Shown here piece by piece: positions 12,058 through 22,582 of a stretch of 34,396 nt of DNA; positions within the stretch are counted from its first letter, which is position 1; every line of letters begins with the position of its first letter. The translations under genes and the position numbers were made by a program. The stretch covers positions 1 to 34,396 of the forward strand of contig KE561110.1 of the NCBI GenBank assembly GCA_000442015.1. Reading direction: 5' to 3'. The notes beneath the pieces are model-generated. The model was not told the DNA's origin, searched no databases, and saw only the letters and a list, made by a program, of their open reading frames with translations. This stretch comes from Rozella allomycis CSF55 (Eukaryota).

Positions 12058-13029
12058 TTAAAATTTGAAAACTTGATCTTTCTGGTAATTCAATTTGGCT
12101 AATAACCCGCTTAATTCGCCTTGACTATAATCAGGAGCCTTTGGACCACATACAGCGCCTACCATTCCAGGCGGTCCGCAAATGAGAATCTTAGAGTATT
12201 CGTCATCAGGAGAAGGCATGTATTGTTTAACGAGTTTCTCGTTTACATACCCTGATTCGCCATGCCAATTTGGAGACGGCTTATCCAAGAGGTACACTAT
12301 GTTAAATCTTTCTGGATTATTTAAGACAAGCTTCTCTAAGTCGGTTCTCAGTAAGATGTCATCTTCAGTTACGTTTCCAAATATTAAAGTAAACTTAGTT
12401 TTGTCGTTTGGATTTCTCATAGCCTTTTGTAATACTTGAAACATTGGCGTGATCCCGGTACCCCCTGCTATCATCCCAATATGCTTAAATTCATTGCTAT
12501 GATACTCAAACTTTCCAATGGGACCCTTAAAAGATAAAAAATCGCCAACTTTTAAGTTTCCAATGTAAGATGATAGTTTTCCATCAGGATAAGCTTTTAC
12601 CACCATACTGAATTCATTTTTGCCATCTTCTTCAATTGTCACAGGTGTGTAGGGACGGACAACAGTTTCTCCGTTAATATCAGCTTTTACTAATAAAAAA
12701 CTTGACACTGGCATTTTATAAGCCTTATCACTAGGAACTTGAAATGTTATTTTGTATGTATTTGGGGATATCTGTAATTTTTTACTCACCTATTATTCAC
12801 GAGCCAAAAATCATACCTTAAAATCTCTAAATTCCTCTGGAGAGAACATGCTTTCTTGGCTACTTTTATCGTAATCGCAAAACTTATAATAGGAGTAAGC
12901 ACCCGCAAGTATGGTTGCAGCCCCGATACCTAGCGGTAGTCCAAAATTCGATTTGAAGCTTTGTTTATTGCTGTAAGGTCGGGAGAAGGTCAAAGGAATC
13001 CTAGAGGCGTACTTTGATACTCCAGTTGA
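12058..13029 (-). CDS. MCR1: NADH-cytochrome b5 reductase, mitochondrial Mcr1-type (5' truncated at N13030); intron 12790-12816
   Basis: RPYTP, YPDGKLS, GMIAGGTGITPM, CGPPGM and SQGELSGLL...QVFKF; N-terminal presequence plus TM anchor. Confidence 0.9.
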
Positions 13030-13030
13030 N

Positions 13031-13826
13031 TATCCTTAAATAACAAATTTAAGTAAAAAGAATCTTTTAAAGAATTCAACAAGTTAGAATTCTTTATCTG
13101 TTCTACCAGGAACTTCACAGCGTCAATATTCTCTGCTGTTGTTGAAATCCTTAGCGCATCTAGCAAAAGCTTTTCCATATCGACATTATTTAAATTAAAA
13201 TAAGTATTTAAAACACTCGCGAAAAATTCACCCATAATATTTCTACGAGCTCCTCCTTGAATAAGACTTTCAAGCAAACTAATTGCGTTTTTGACTGTGC
13301 TAAATTCTTCGGAATCTATTGAAAGGTCATCAGATGATGATAATGTCGAAAAAACTTTTGGCATTCGTTTTTTTCTTGAATTTCTCGATGTTGTCGTCAG
13401 CGGTTTTCTTTTTATCAATTTAATCATCATCATAACGTTTTCCATCTTACGCGCGTAAAGATAAGCCTTAATGATAGAAAATTCATTTTCCAAAAGTATA
13501 GAGGGCTTAAAATGTTGGCTGCCCATAATTGAGACAAACAATTCAGGATCTTTAACCAAACTTGATGTTTCCAACAGTTTTACATTTTGAACAAAGACTT
13601 CTTCAGATATAATGGAAAGTACATCTTTAATAATGATCATGTTGTTTCCAAGCAATGCACCTTGCATAATCTCATAGTTGTTTTGCTGCCATGCACTTTG
13701 ATCCAACGTATTCTTAAGTTCCACGAATGTTTCCAAATCACCTTTTGATACCGCTTCCAAAACCTTTGAGAATGGATCTTCTGCGGCAATAAGAAAGGTA
13801 AAGAATAACAGAGTGAAAAAAAACAT
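13031..13826 (-). CDS. Secreted helical/ankyrin-like protein (3' truncated at N13030)
   Basis: Signal peptide MFFFTLLFFTFLIAA; ankyrin-like segments EAVSKGDLETFVEL and ENIDAVKFLVE; basic patch RNSRKKR. Confidence 0.75.
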
Positions 13827-13875
13827 TTTCAGACCTGCGCCACTGGACTTAGTACAACATTAACGCACAGAACCC

Positions 13876-14160
13876 AAAAATATAAACGAGAATGATGTAG
13901 AATAGTATAATAATACCCTTCTTTTGACATGGATTGCCTTCTATGTCAACCACAGCGAAATTATTTGATAATTTTTTAACACATCAACCGAAGTTGGAAG
14001 GGGAATCGATTTGTCAAAATCACCTTGGAATCGAACCAAGCCCTCCAGTAAATTACCAAGTATAAACCGCAACCACTGGGAATTGAACAGGGGATTACAG
14101 TATTACTAGGGTTAGGGTTACTTTAAAATGCTAGTGCCCTGTCCATTGCATCACCAGAAT
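13876..14160 (-). ncRNA. Candidate structured ncRNA, possibly telomerase RNA (boundaries approximate)
   Basis: Minus strand has TAACCCTAACCCTA (14107-14120), an A-box-like TGATGCAATGG, B-box-like GTTCAATTCC and GGTTCGATTCC, a C(UUCG)G tetraloop hairpin and several further stems. Confidence 0.5.
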
Positions 14161-14212
14161 GAATAAAAAGTCAAAATGAAAATTATATCTTTTTCCAGCG
14201 ATTTATTGAAGT

Positions 14213-16957
14213 TTAAAATAGAGGCAAGTATTTGAGGCTTGAGTTTTCGTCAAATATTTTGGTTTCAGATGTATGTTCAATGTGGAAAAACCTTAAAGCT
14301 CCACAAGGAATCAAGATTTCAGAATCGACTTGGCATTCTTTGGAGAATGGATTTAATCCAAATTCACATTTTACAGATTTTGCAACTTTGTTCCCTTCGA
14401 CATACAAGTTGACTTTAACATGATCAACGATTTCATGTTTATATTTAATGGTTGGGATAAAGAACCTGTAATGAGCGCTGTGATGAAAATTGACTCTGTA
14501 GAACAAGTATCTTGAATTTTCAATAGCGTCGTCACCCATCTCCGCCATGACTGAATTTAAAATAGAATCTGATTGAGGACAGAATTTGTAACTTTCGTCG
14601 TTTAACGCGAATTTCTAACTTTTTAATGTTTGATAAATTTACCTTGACGTTGAGCTTATAATCTTCAACAAGAACAGACAATGCTTTGTATTGACTATAG
14701 AGAGCATCATTGAAATCAGAGAAAATCATTTGAGACTTCATTCTGCTGGATGGAGAGTTATTAGAATTTGGAATGGAACATTTGAGTAACTTTGAAGAAT
14801 ATTTATGAGATATTGCCATGTTACCATACCAAACCTCACCATTGTATTTTTTATCAGGCATTTCGGAATCTGAAATTTTAATTTTCAGAATGCTTTTATT
14901 CACCATGGAAGATTCAATTTTTGGAAAAGGCCCACCAGTCTTGTGTAAGCGATTAGCCCTTTGATTGTAAACCAAATGGCCAGGAAGTGTTAAATAGATA
15001 TTAGTATGTGAAATAGGAGCGTCTTTATAACTTAAATATATATTTCTCTTGTCTGTAACCTCTCGAATGTCACATAAATCCAAAGCCATAAGTTCCGGGA
15101 TGAATCTGATTTGTACGTTGGTTTTATCTTTTTCAGATTCATTATTACCCAAGGTGGCAGCAATGTATTCTTTGGGGCTGTTTGTATTCATTTGAAAGCA
15201 AACTACTTCAACTTGAACTCCGTGGACTAATATTGTGTAATTTCCATCCTCGAACGATTTTATTCCTTGCGCTATAAATTTGCGTTTAATGTCAACGCAA
15301 GATTCTATTTTCTTTATTTTATTTTTTAAATCTACCAAATTGTAAACAACAGGCGGTTTAATTTCAATATCGGTGATCGAAATAGACGTCGCAGCCAGCT
15401 TGGAGGTCATTGAGAAACCAACGTACTTGATTCCACTCAAATCACTTTTAAATAAGGTTAAATCAATCACTACAGCATCTTGCAATGTTGATTTTTGCCC
15501 TTTATTCAAAACCAAGAAATTATCGTAAATATTAATCGCGTAACTTTCATACACACCCTGGCTTACCAAAAAATTAGGAATAAAATCAACAGAACAAACT
15601 TCCTTGTTTGAATCACGAATTGAACATATTTTATAACTTGAACGGTCGAGATTCAAAGTTAAAGTGAATCGAATGTGCTGAGGAGCTGAAGCAAACAATA
15701 TGTTGATATTATCTTGAATCATTGCTTTGAATGAAATGTGGCCACTTCCATAATTCTCAAGAACGTTATTGCTAGAGAAATAGTTCTTTCCTCCTTCAAT
15801 TAAAAAATCCACATCACCAAGGGCTGGAACACCATCATGGAACATTTCAGTCGCAACTTTAACGATCGGACGTAATTTTTTGTATTTTAAATCTTCAAGC
15901 AGAAAATAGATGGGTTTTAGCGTAAATCCTATAACAGACGGATACTCCTCTACAGTAGAGAGCCATTTCTCAAATCCTTCTTTCATTCCCCCTTGATTAT
16001 TAACCTTTTAAATTTTAACGTAAAAATTACTTCTGTCACCATTTTAGAAGCTTCAGGTGATCCTCCTTGAGCGTTATAAGTTACTTTTGAATTTTCTTTG
16101 AATTTCTTGACCTTTTCTTCTTCATCGTGACCGACACTTAGAGATACTGAAGCAAATGCATTTTTGAAATAAGCTGAAGCCTGAACTCCCAGAGAATGGT
16201 GATTTTCAGAAGAAGATTTGGACTTTTCCGCTTGAACGACAAGGCTACCTCCAAAGTCGGCTGAATTAACAAAAGTTGTACCATAAATTCGAAAGAATCT
16301 GTATAAATGAGGATACAAAATTTTGAGCAATTCTATGGTAGAGGCACCTTCGTTTTGTTCAATAATATCTAGCCATTCTTCAACAAGTCCTTTAAAGTTC
16401 TCATCGGCGTATTCCATACTTAGGGGATTCAAATGAATGTGGAAACATTTAGATTTGAAAACATACACAGCAATAAAATTTTCACTTGTTTTACATTCAA
16501 TAGAAAACTTACTTTGACGTTTTTTCTGAATTTTGACTATTCACATTTGAGCTAAACCCAAAACTGGCTCCAAAATAGTTAACATCAGCCTGTGCTGAAA
16601 CTTCAAGAGATTTTGCTTTTGAATATTCTTCTTGAGATAAATATATCTCGACATCGGTATTCAAAGAGTACAATGGAAAAACGTTTCTATTACATTATTG
16701 AATTTTAAATTACAAGTCATCTGGAACAAGATATTTTTTAAATTTCTTCTTCATTGTGAGGCCAACATCCCTAAAGATGCTTCGTTTGATATTATCGTAA
16801 AACCCAAAGCTTTTGGTGACATCTTCCATTTGTGTGAGAAAGTCTCTTTACCGTAAGATTTCCCAACAAAGTTCCAACCAGGAATGAAATATTCTTTTTC
16901 ATCTGAACAATAAATGAGCGACAAATATGCAAAAGTAAAAAACAACAAAAGATTCAT
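14213..16957 (-). CDS. Secreted MACPF/perforin-like protein A (~868 aa): MACPF + FAMeT-like + GON-like domains; introns 16823-16851, 16687-16713, 16485-16512, 16005-16030, 14615-14642
   Basis: Signal peptide; IPGWNFVGKSYD; MACPF signature YGTTFVNSADFGG; AQGGSP; FEKWLSTVEEYP..LKPIY; IKYVGFS; SCVDI...DGNYTILVHG..V.C..M..PKEY. Five tiny introns give an intact 2607-nt frame. Confidence 0.88.
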
Positions 16958-16991
16958 TTTTTCTTCCGGGGTGAAAATTTTCTACCCCGGC
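16958..16991. promoter_or_regulatory. 34-bp bidirectional promoter region with near-perfect palindrome
   Basis: CCGGGGT-GAAAATTTTC-T-ACCCCGG (16966-16990) lies between the two divergent MACPF ATGs. Confidence 0.7.
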
Positions 16992-19748
16992 ATGTTGAAA
17001 ATATTTATTTGTTGCATTTTTCTTGTTCAAGTGGCACTTGGGCAAGTTCTGAGAATTGTTTCGGATAGTCTTCATGAAGCAAAGAGATTGGCTGTTGAAG
17101 ATGCCCCAACTGATCAGGCACCATCTCAACCTGAATCACCAAAAGTTGTCTACGATGCGATCCCTGGGACTATGTTTGTTGGTTCTGGATATGGTATACA
17201 TTTTATTTTTTATTAAAAAGATGCCAGTAAACAATATGGAACATTTGAAAATATGCGACATGACTTGATAATCAAACAAGGCGGTGATGTTTCGCCTGAT
17301 AAAATATTCAATGAAAAATATTTAGTTCCAAGCAACGTGTAAATTATTAAACATAAAATTGAAAGTGATGCTTTTGGAATTTGGAAAACTTTTGCTGAAA
17401 CAAATTCCTTCTCGTCTGAAGCAGAATTTATTTCTTCTCTTGGAAATAGAGTTGCTGGCGAAGGTGGTGGATCATGCTTTGGAATAAATGTTGAGGCTTC
17501 TGCTTCATTTTCATCAAAAAAAGATAAATCTTCAAAAGAGTACATTGCATTTATGAAAATTAAATAGATTAAAAAAGACAATTGTATTTGAGACAAGAGT
17601 GGAATTATTTGAATTGGTGCTGCAACCAAATAGTCTTCAAGAAAATGTTGCGCCCGTTTTTAAAGACTTGATTAAAGTGGCTCTTGACAAATATAATGAA
17701 ACCAAAGACGCAGGTGTTTCTGAAAGAATTAAGAAAATGTATGAATACTATTATTACTTCTTTGACGCCTGTGGAACTCATTATGTTAAATCTGCCGTTC
17801 TTGGAGGGCACTTATTTATAAAGATTGAAGCTTCCGTTCAAGATCAAAGTGAAATGAACAAAATTGAAGCAGCAGCTTCTGCATATGTTTCAGGGCTTTG
17901 GGGTGGCGGTGGTGCGTCAACTTCTTACAGTGATGAATCTGGAGAAAAAAAATTACAAGAAAAAAGTGTAATCACATTTCAAGGCTTTGGAGGTGATCCT
18001 TTAAGTGGCTTGGTTGTAAATGCTGACAATGATATGAAAACTGCCTTTGAATTTTGGCTTCAGACTGTTCCTGATAAACCAAATATTGCGCGGTTCACAA
18101 TCGATCCGATTTATAACCTATTAGACAAAGATTCTCAAGTTTTATATTCTGATATGAAAATAGCCTATGAAATGTATTTGAAAAGAGTCCCTCCAAAGGG
18201 AGACAGTAAGCAATTATAACGCTTCTAACTTTAGATTATTTTGATCTTCTTCCGTATGTTCCATCTGTATGGAGTTCTTCCAATGTTTTAACCACCCCTG
18301 GCAATGGATTGATAACATTTGACGCTGTTGTTTCAGATTCATTTTCCGTTCAGTTTGCAACACTTCCTCAATCGCCTGTTTTGAAAATTAACTTTGATGT
18401 TTACAAGGGTTGCTCATTTCAAATATTTCAAGAACAGAAAAATTCTATTACCGGGATACTTGATTTGGTGGTGCCAAAAAGCGTTCTAACCTCTTTTTGG
18501 ATACAACTTGAAAATGGAGAAAATTTATATGTTGGATTTGGCAATCCTCCTGGACATGGATCTAAACCTCTTTACTCTAAAAGAAACTTGGCATCTTATC
18601 GTGATTTACTGTCTAAAGTTGAATTCGTTGGATTTACTTCATCTGGTTCAAGAGCCACAAGCTTAATTGGATTAAATATTCAAGAGCCTGCTCACATTTA
18701 TCAAAAACAATTTCAAACATGTCAGGATTACATGAATGACCATCCATCTGAAAGAGGGGGTCTCAAAACGCTTATTTGGCATGGTTTTCCCGTTCAAATT
18801 TACTGTTACAAAGACAACAATGATTGGAAGGAATACTTGGAATTGCTAGTCTCTGCCACAGGTGTTTACAAAAATATTCAAAATGACTTTCGCTACATAC
18901 GAATTTTACCAGAATACATGGCCTTGGATCTTTGTGATACGAAAATGTCAACAGATACAGCGGGTTATCCGGGTGTTTTTGATGCAAAAAAATTGAATGT
19001 CGACACAAATGCATCTGCTTCTATAACATTGCCACCTTCATTTGCCTTTCACGAATTTGCTAATAACATGGTAGGCCAAGGTGATATCCAATCATTTGTC
19101 TTTCAAATAAGCGATAATAACAATGTTTTATCCATTAAATCTAACGGAGACATTGAAGAAGCTGAAATCTGGTATGGAAATCCATCATTAAGTTATTCCA
19201 TTCCTGACTTGGAAACATGCCAAACTGATATAGGTCATCCTCATAAGGTTTTAGTTGTTTACTTGAGACAAATAATGGATGTAACTGACAATCCCTTTCG
19301 AACTTCCTATGGCATGCCCCCTGTTTGTCCAGGTGGCTCATTTCAAATCCCCGTTGAAGCGGCCACTGCCATAAAGGATGAAAGCTCAATTAATGTAACC
19401 TATAATGATGCTGCTATTGAATTGGATAATTTACAAGATATTTCTTTAGTTTACCTTGTAGACTTTCCGTATTCTTCCAAATATTGGATTGGTCTGGATA
19501 TTGAAAATTTCAAAGGTGAAGTTAACGCTGTTTTAATCGACGGAATATCAGTCTTAGATCATCCTTTAAACGAAGAAAATAAGCACTTCCTTATTCATCA
19601 CGTAATTCCTTGTGGTGTCCATAAAGTCCTAATTAAATTTAACAAAAATAATAATTCTAAGATGCATTTAATGACTGAAGATGAGATCGCGGTTTTCAAT
19701 GGTTTCATACTGTCGACTGTGATCAGCATAGATGACGAAAATAAATAG
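16992..19748 (+). CDS. Secreted MACPF/perforin-like protein B (~881 aa): MACPF + FAMeT-like + GON-like domains; introns 17194-17220, 17339-17365, 17540-17567, 18206-18234
   Basis: Signal peptide MLKIFICCIFLVQVALG; IPGTMFVGSGYD; CGTHYVKSAVLGG; GFGGDP; FEFWLQTVPDKP..IDPIY; SFWIQL..LYVGFG..VEFVGFTS; TCQDY...VQIYC...KEYLEL. Spliced frame of 2646 nt is intact. Confidence 0.9.
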
Positions 19749-19977
19749 GCATAACATTTCTTTAATTCTCGCTTTAGTCTTCTGTCTTTTTGATGTCTTT
19801 CTTTCTTTGTCACCCAATTGTTTAGCCCTTCGTATTCTCAAATTCTCTTCTCAGTTGTTTCTCCTTGTATACTTAAAATATATTGTTTTGAAATGTCACA
19901 TTGTACCAAGTTTCGCTATGTAGCATAACGATTTTTCATTTTCAACTTGGACCCCTGTACCCTGGTTTCCATTTTTT

Positions 19978-22496
19978 ATGATTATTTTTATCGTGCTGAT
20001 ATTTTTTAGCCTTTTTTCCTCTTTAAACGGAAAAATACTGAAAAGAGAAGATGGTGATGATCCCACTAGAATATCAGATCGTTACCTGTCCCAAATAAAG
20101 GACTCTTTTGAAATAGGAGAAAATCATATTTCTGGAAAAAGCGATGACATTGCCTTAAATTATGGTGTATCTCTCTCTGGAAATAAAATAGACCAAATCC
20201 ACAAGGATTTCCTGTCGCTAGTCAAGCAAGCAGTTCTCTTTGGCAAAAGTCCTCAGGGCCAATGTTTTTCTTTGGTTAACGGAAAAATGAAATTTGAAAA
20301 AGACTTTGAAAATCTAATATTGTTTTTGGGATGCTTTAGATGGCTTGAGAATGAGCCCAAATTTCTAAAATTTGCCAAATTTGACGAAGATCAACTTCGG
20401 GAATGGAAAACACTTGGCGCTGAATTGGAGAAAAGGACTTTTTCGGCTATTGAATCATCTATTACAAGTAATAAGTGCAAGGATTTTATTGATGAAAATC
20501 CCAAAATTTCAAAATTATCAAACAAAGAGAAATTGAATGAGATCGCCGCGGGATATCTGGTAGGACCTTGTAAAACCGATTTTCTAAAATTTTTGGAATC
20601 ACTCATTCTCAAAAATAAAAATTTCAAACTTAAAATGAGTAAATATGCTGCAATTATGGGTAAATTCGCACATGAAGATAAAGAAAATCCTTTCCACTAT
20701 ATTGTAAATAATGATTACACATCGAGTCAAAAAGGCAATTTTAGGATTCCATTTGAACATTTAGACCTTGTTAAATACAACAGGGACAGTTATGTTAATC
20801 CTGGTTACTATTCAAACATTGAAACCTTCTACGAAATACTACAAACACAAGTCAAATTTGATGAAAAAAAAAGAATTTATCTCTTAACGATTGGTTTAAA
20901 ACCTCTGTCTAATCTCTCTGTTGAGAGAATATTGATGGACACTGAAACAAAGGTGGAAGTCAGTCCTATAAAATTCGAAAAGCTTGTACGAGATGAATTT
21001 TCCTACTTTGTCAATACCGTGATATATGAAGGAAAGAAAAGAAAAGCTAAGAGATTCGGAAGGACTGATTTAGAAGACGCATATGTACTTTAATTTATAA
21101 CTCTATAATATAGATTGGATTCCATTCCATCACCGTACCAATTGTAGCGCACAGAATCTCGACAAATGAAGTCACATTTTACGCCTACGATCCTGCGATC
21201 GTTACTTGGAATCCTAAAGTATCCAGCTCCTTTATTGAAATTAATGAATATATAGGTTTAATATCGTCTGGTTTGAGGAAGGAAAATCCGGAGAGTAAAT
21301 TGTACACCTTTATTGCCACCTATGAAAGAACACTGACCAAAGGTAGTGTTTTGCAATCCCTAAGTGTGGCTTTGTACAATGATTTTTCCCGTTTAATTAA
21401 TTTTCAAAGACATGATGATCCCAAAAAGAGACCACTCAAGCTGACAGATAAAGAGAAACCAGAAGAAATTCCACTGAAGGATATTCGTGGCGAAAGGTAT
21501 TGGTGCAGTTTTAAAGATCTGCTTGGACATTACGCTGCTCAAAACACTTTGCTAGATGGAAAGAAACGTCGAGTTATGTATGCCGCATCATTAGTTAAAT
21601 TCCAAGACCTTTTAAAGAGCACCTTGACAAAATTTAAATTCCCAAATACTGAAATTCTGGAATCTCTTCAGTTTTTAATTACTTGGGTTGCTGAAAATTT
21701 GGCTTATACACTTCCTTGTCTTGAGGAAGACGTTGATTTTTACAGTGATGGTGCCATTGATCAAATTACCATGTCTGTGAGCTTCAATGATGACATGACA
21801 GACGAACAACTTTATCTTGGGATCCATAATACGCCATATCAAAGAATAAAGAGAGCCAATCAGAAGACTGGAATTATGAGTAAATGTGCGTCCCCATTTA
21901 AATTTACGACTGAACCTTTTTTTCAGTCAAACTCAATTTTACATTACCTAGTTGATAAAGACTTGCAGTTCGAAGAGAAACCAGCTGGATGGCCGCGTGG
22001 ATCATGTGCTGAAGATCAGTGTTGTACTTTGGCCATTACGGGTGGGTTTCCGTTTAACAAGGAAAAATTGCCAAATCCTATTGTACCAGATGAAAAGAAT
22101 AGAAAAAAATCGTTAGCTGTTTTATCTTTTAGATATTACCCCAGAGATCGATTGTTTCTAACTCCAGTTGATAGATGCAAGAATTGCCAATCATATCGTC
22201 AAGCAAAGAACTCTGAAGGAATATTCCAAGATATTTCGTACCAAGGTATCTCTTTCACGGATTGGATGTACTATAATATGCTTCACACATCTGGGCAAAG
22301 CACAGCGTTTGGACTTCCCAAAGGAACAATTCTCTCTGAAAAAGATGCTTCAATCGTTGGCCATTTAAAGAAGATTAAGAAATACATGTCCGTTAAAGAA
22401 AACTACAAGGCTCTTAGAGATCACGAAGAAGATCACGTTTACGCAAAGAGCAAAGCATTTTCTTATGTCGATGTTCATCAAAATATTAATATGTAG
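19978..22496 (+). CDS. Secreted ~829-aa protein with C-terminal Zn-dependent deaminase-like domain; intron 21085-21113
   Basis: Signal peptide followed by a KR site. A 29-nt GT-AG intron fuses the 371-aa and 407-aa ORFs in frame. Motifs GWPRGSCAE (CAE at 22005-22013) and DRCKNC (22176-22187). Confidence 0.75.
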
Positions 22497-22582
22497 TGCG
22501 ATGGGTATTTAAATAAATTTTAAAATTAATTATCGTTTTTTAAAAATTTTCATGTTGAAAAAAAATCACACCCTTGTTTCAA

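Noticed and set aside
12990..13030. C-terminus QLEYQSTPLGFL of the 278-aa ORF, or a fusion with MCR1
   Set aside because: Sequence beyond N13030 belongs to the MCR1 presequence in another frame; this is an assembly join.
14107..14120. Chromosome end or telomere
   Set aside because: Only 2.3 repeats, internal, with intact genes on both sides in an N-free block.
14020..14160. tRNA gene suggested by the perfect T-arm and A/B boxes
   Set aside because: No acceptor stem, D-stem or anticodon arm can be built around either T-loop-like motif. Kept only as promoter or structure elements of the ncRNA candidate.
14213..19748. MACPF region as many short ORFs or pseudogenes, as the ORF track suggests
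   Set aside because: Tiny GT-AG introns join them into two intact frames with lengths divisible by three.
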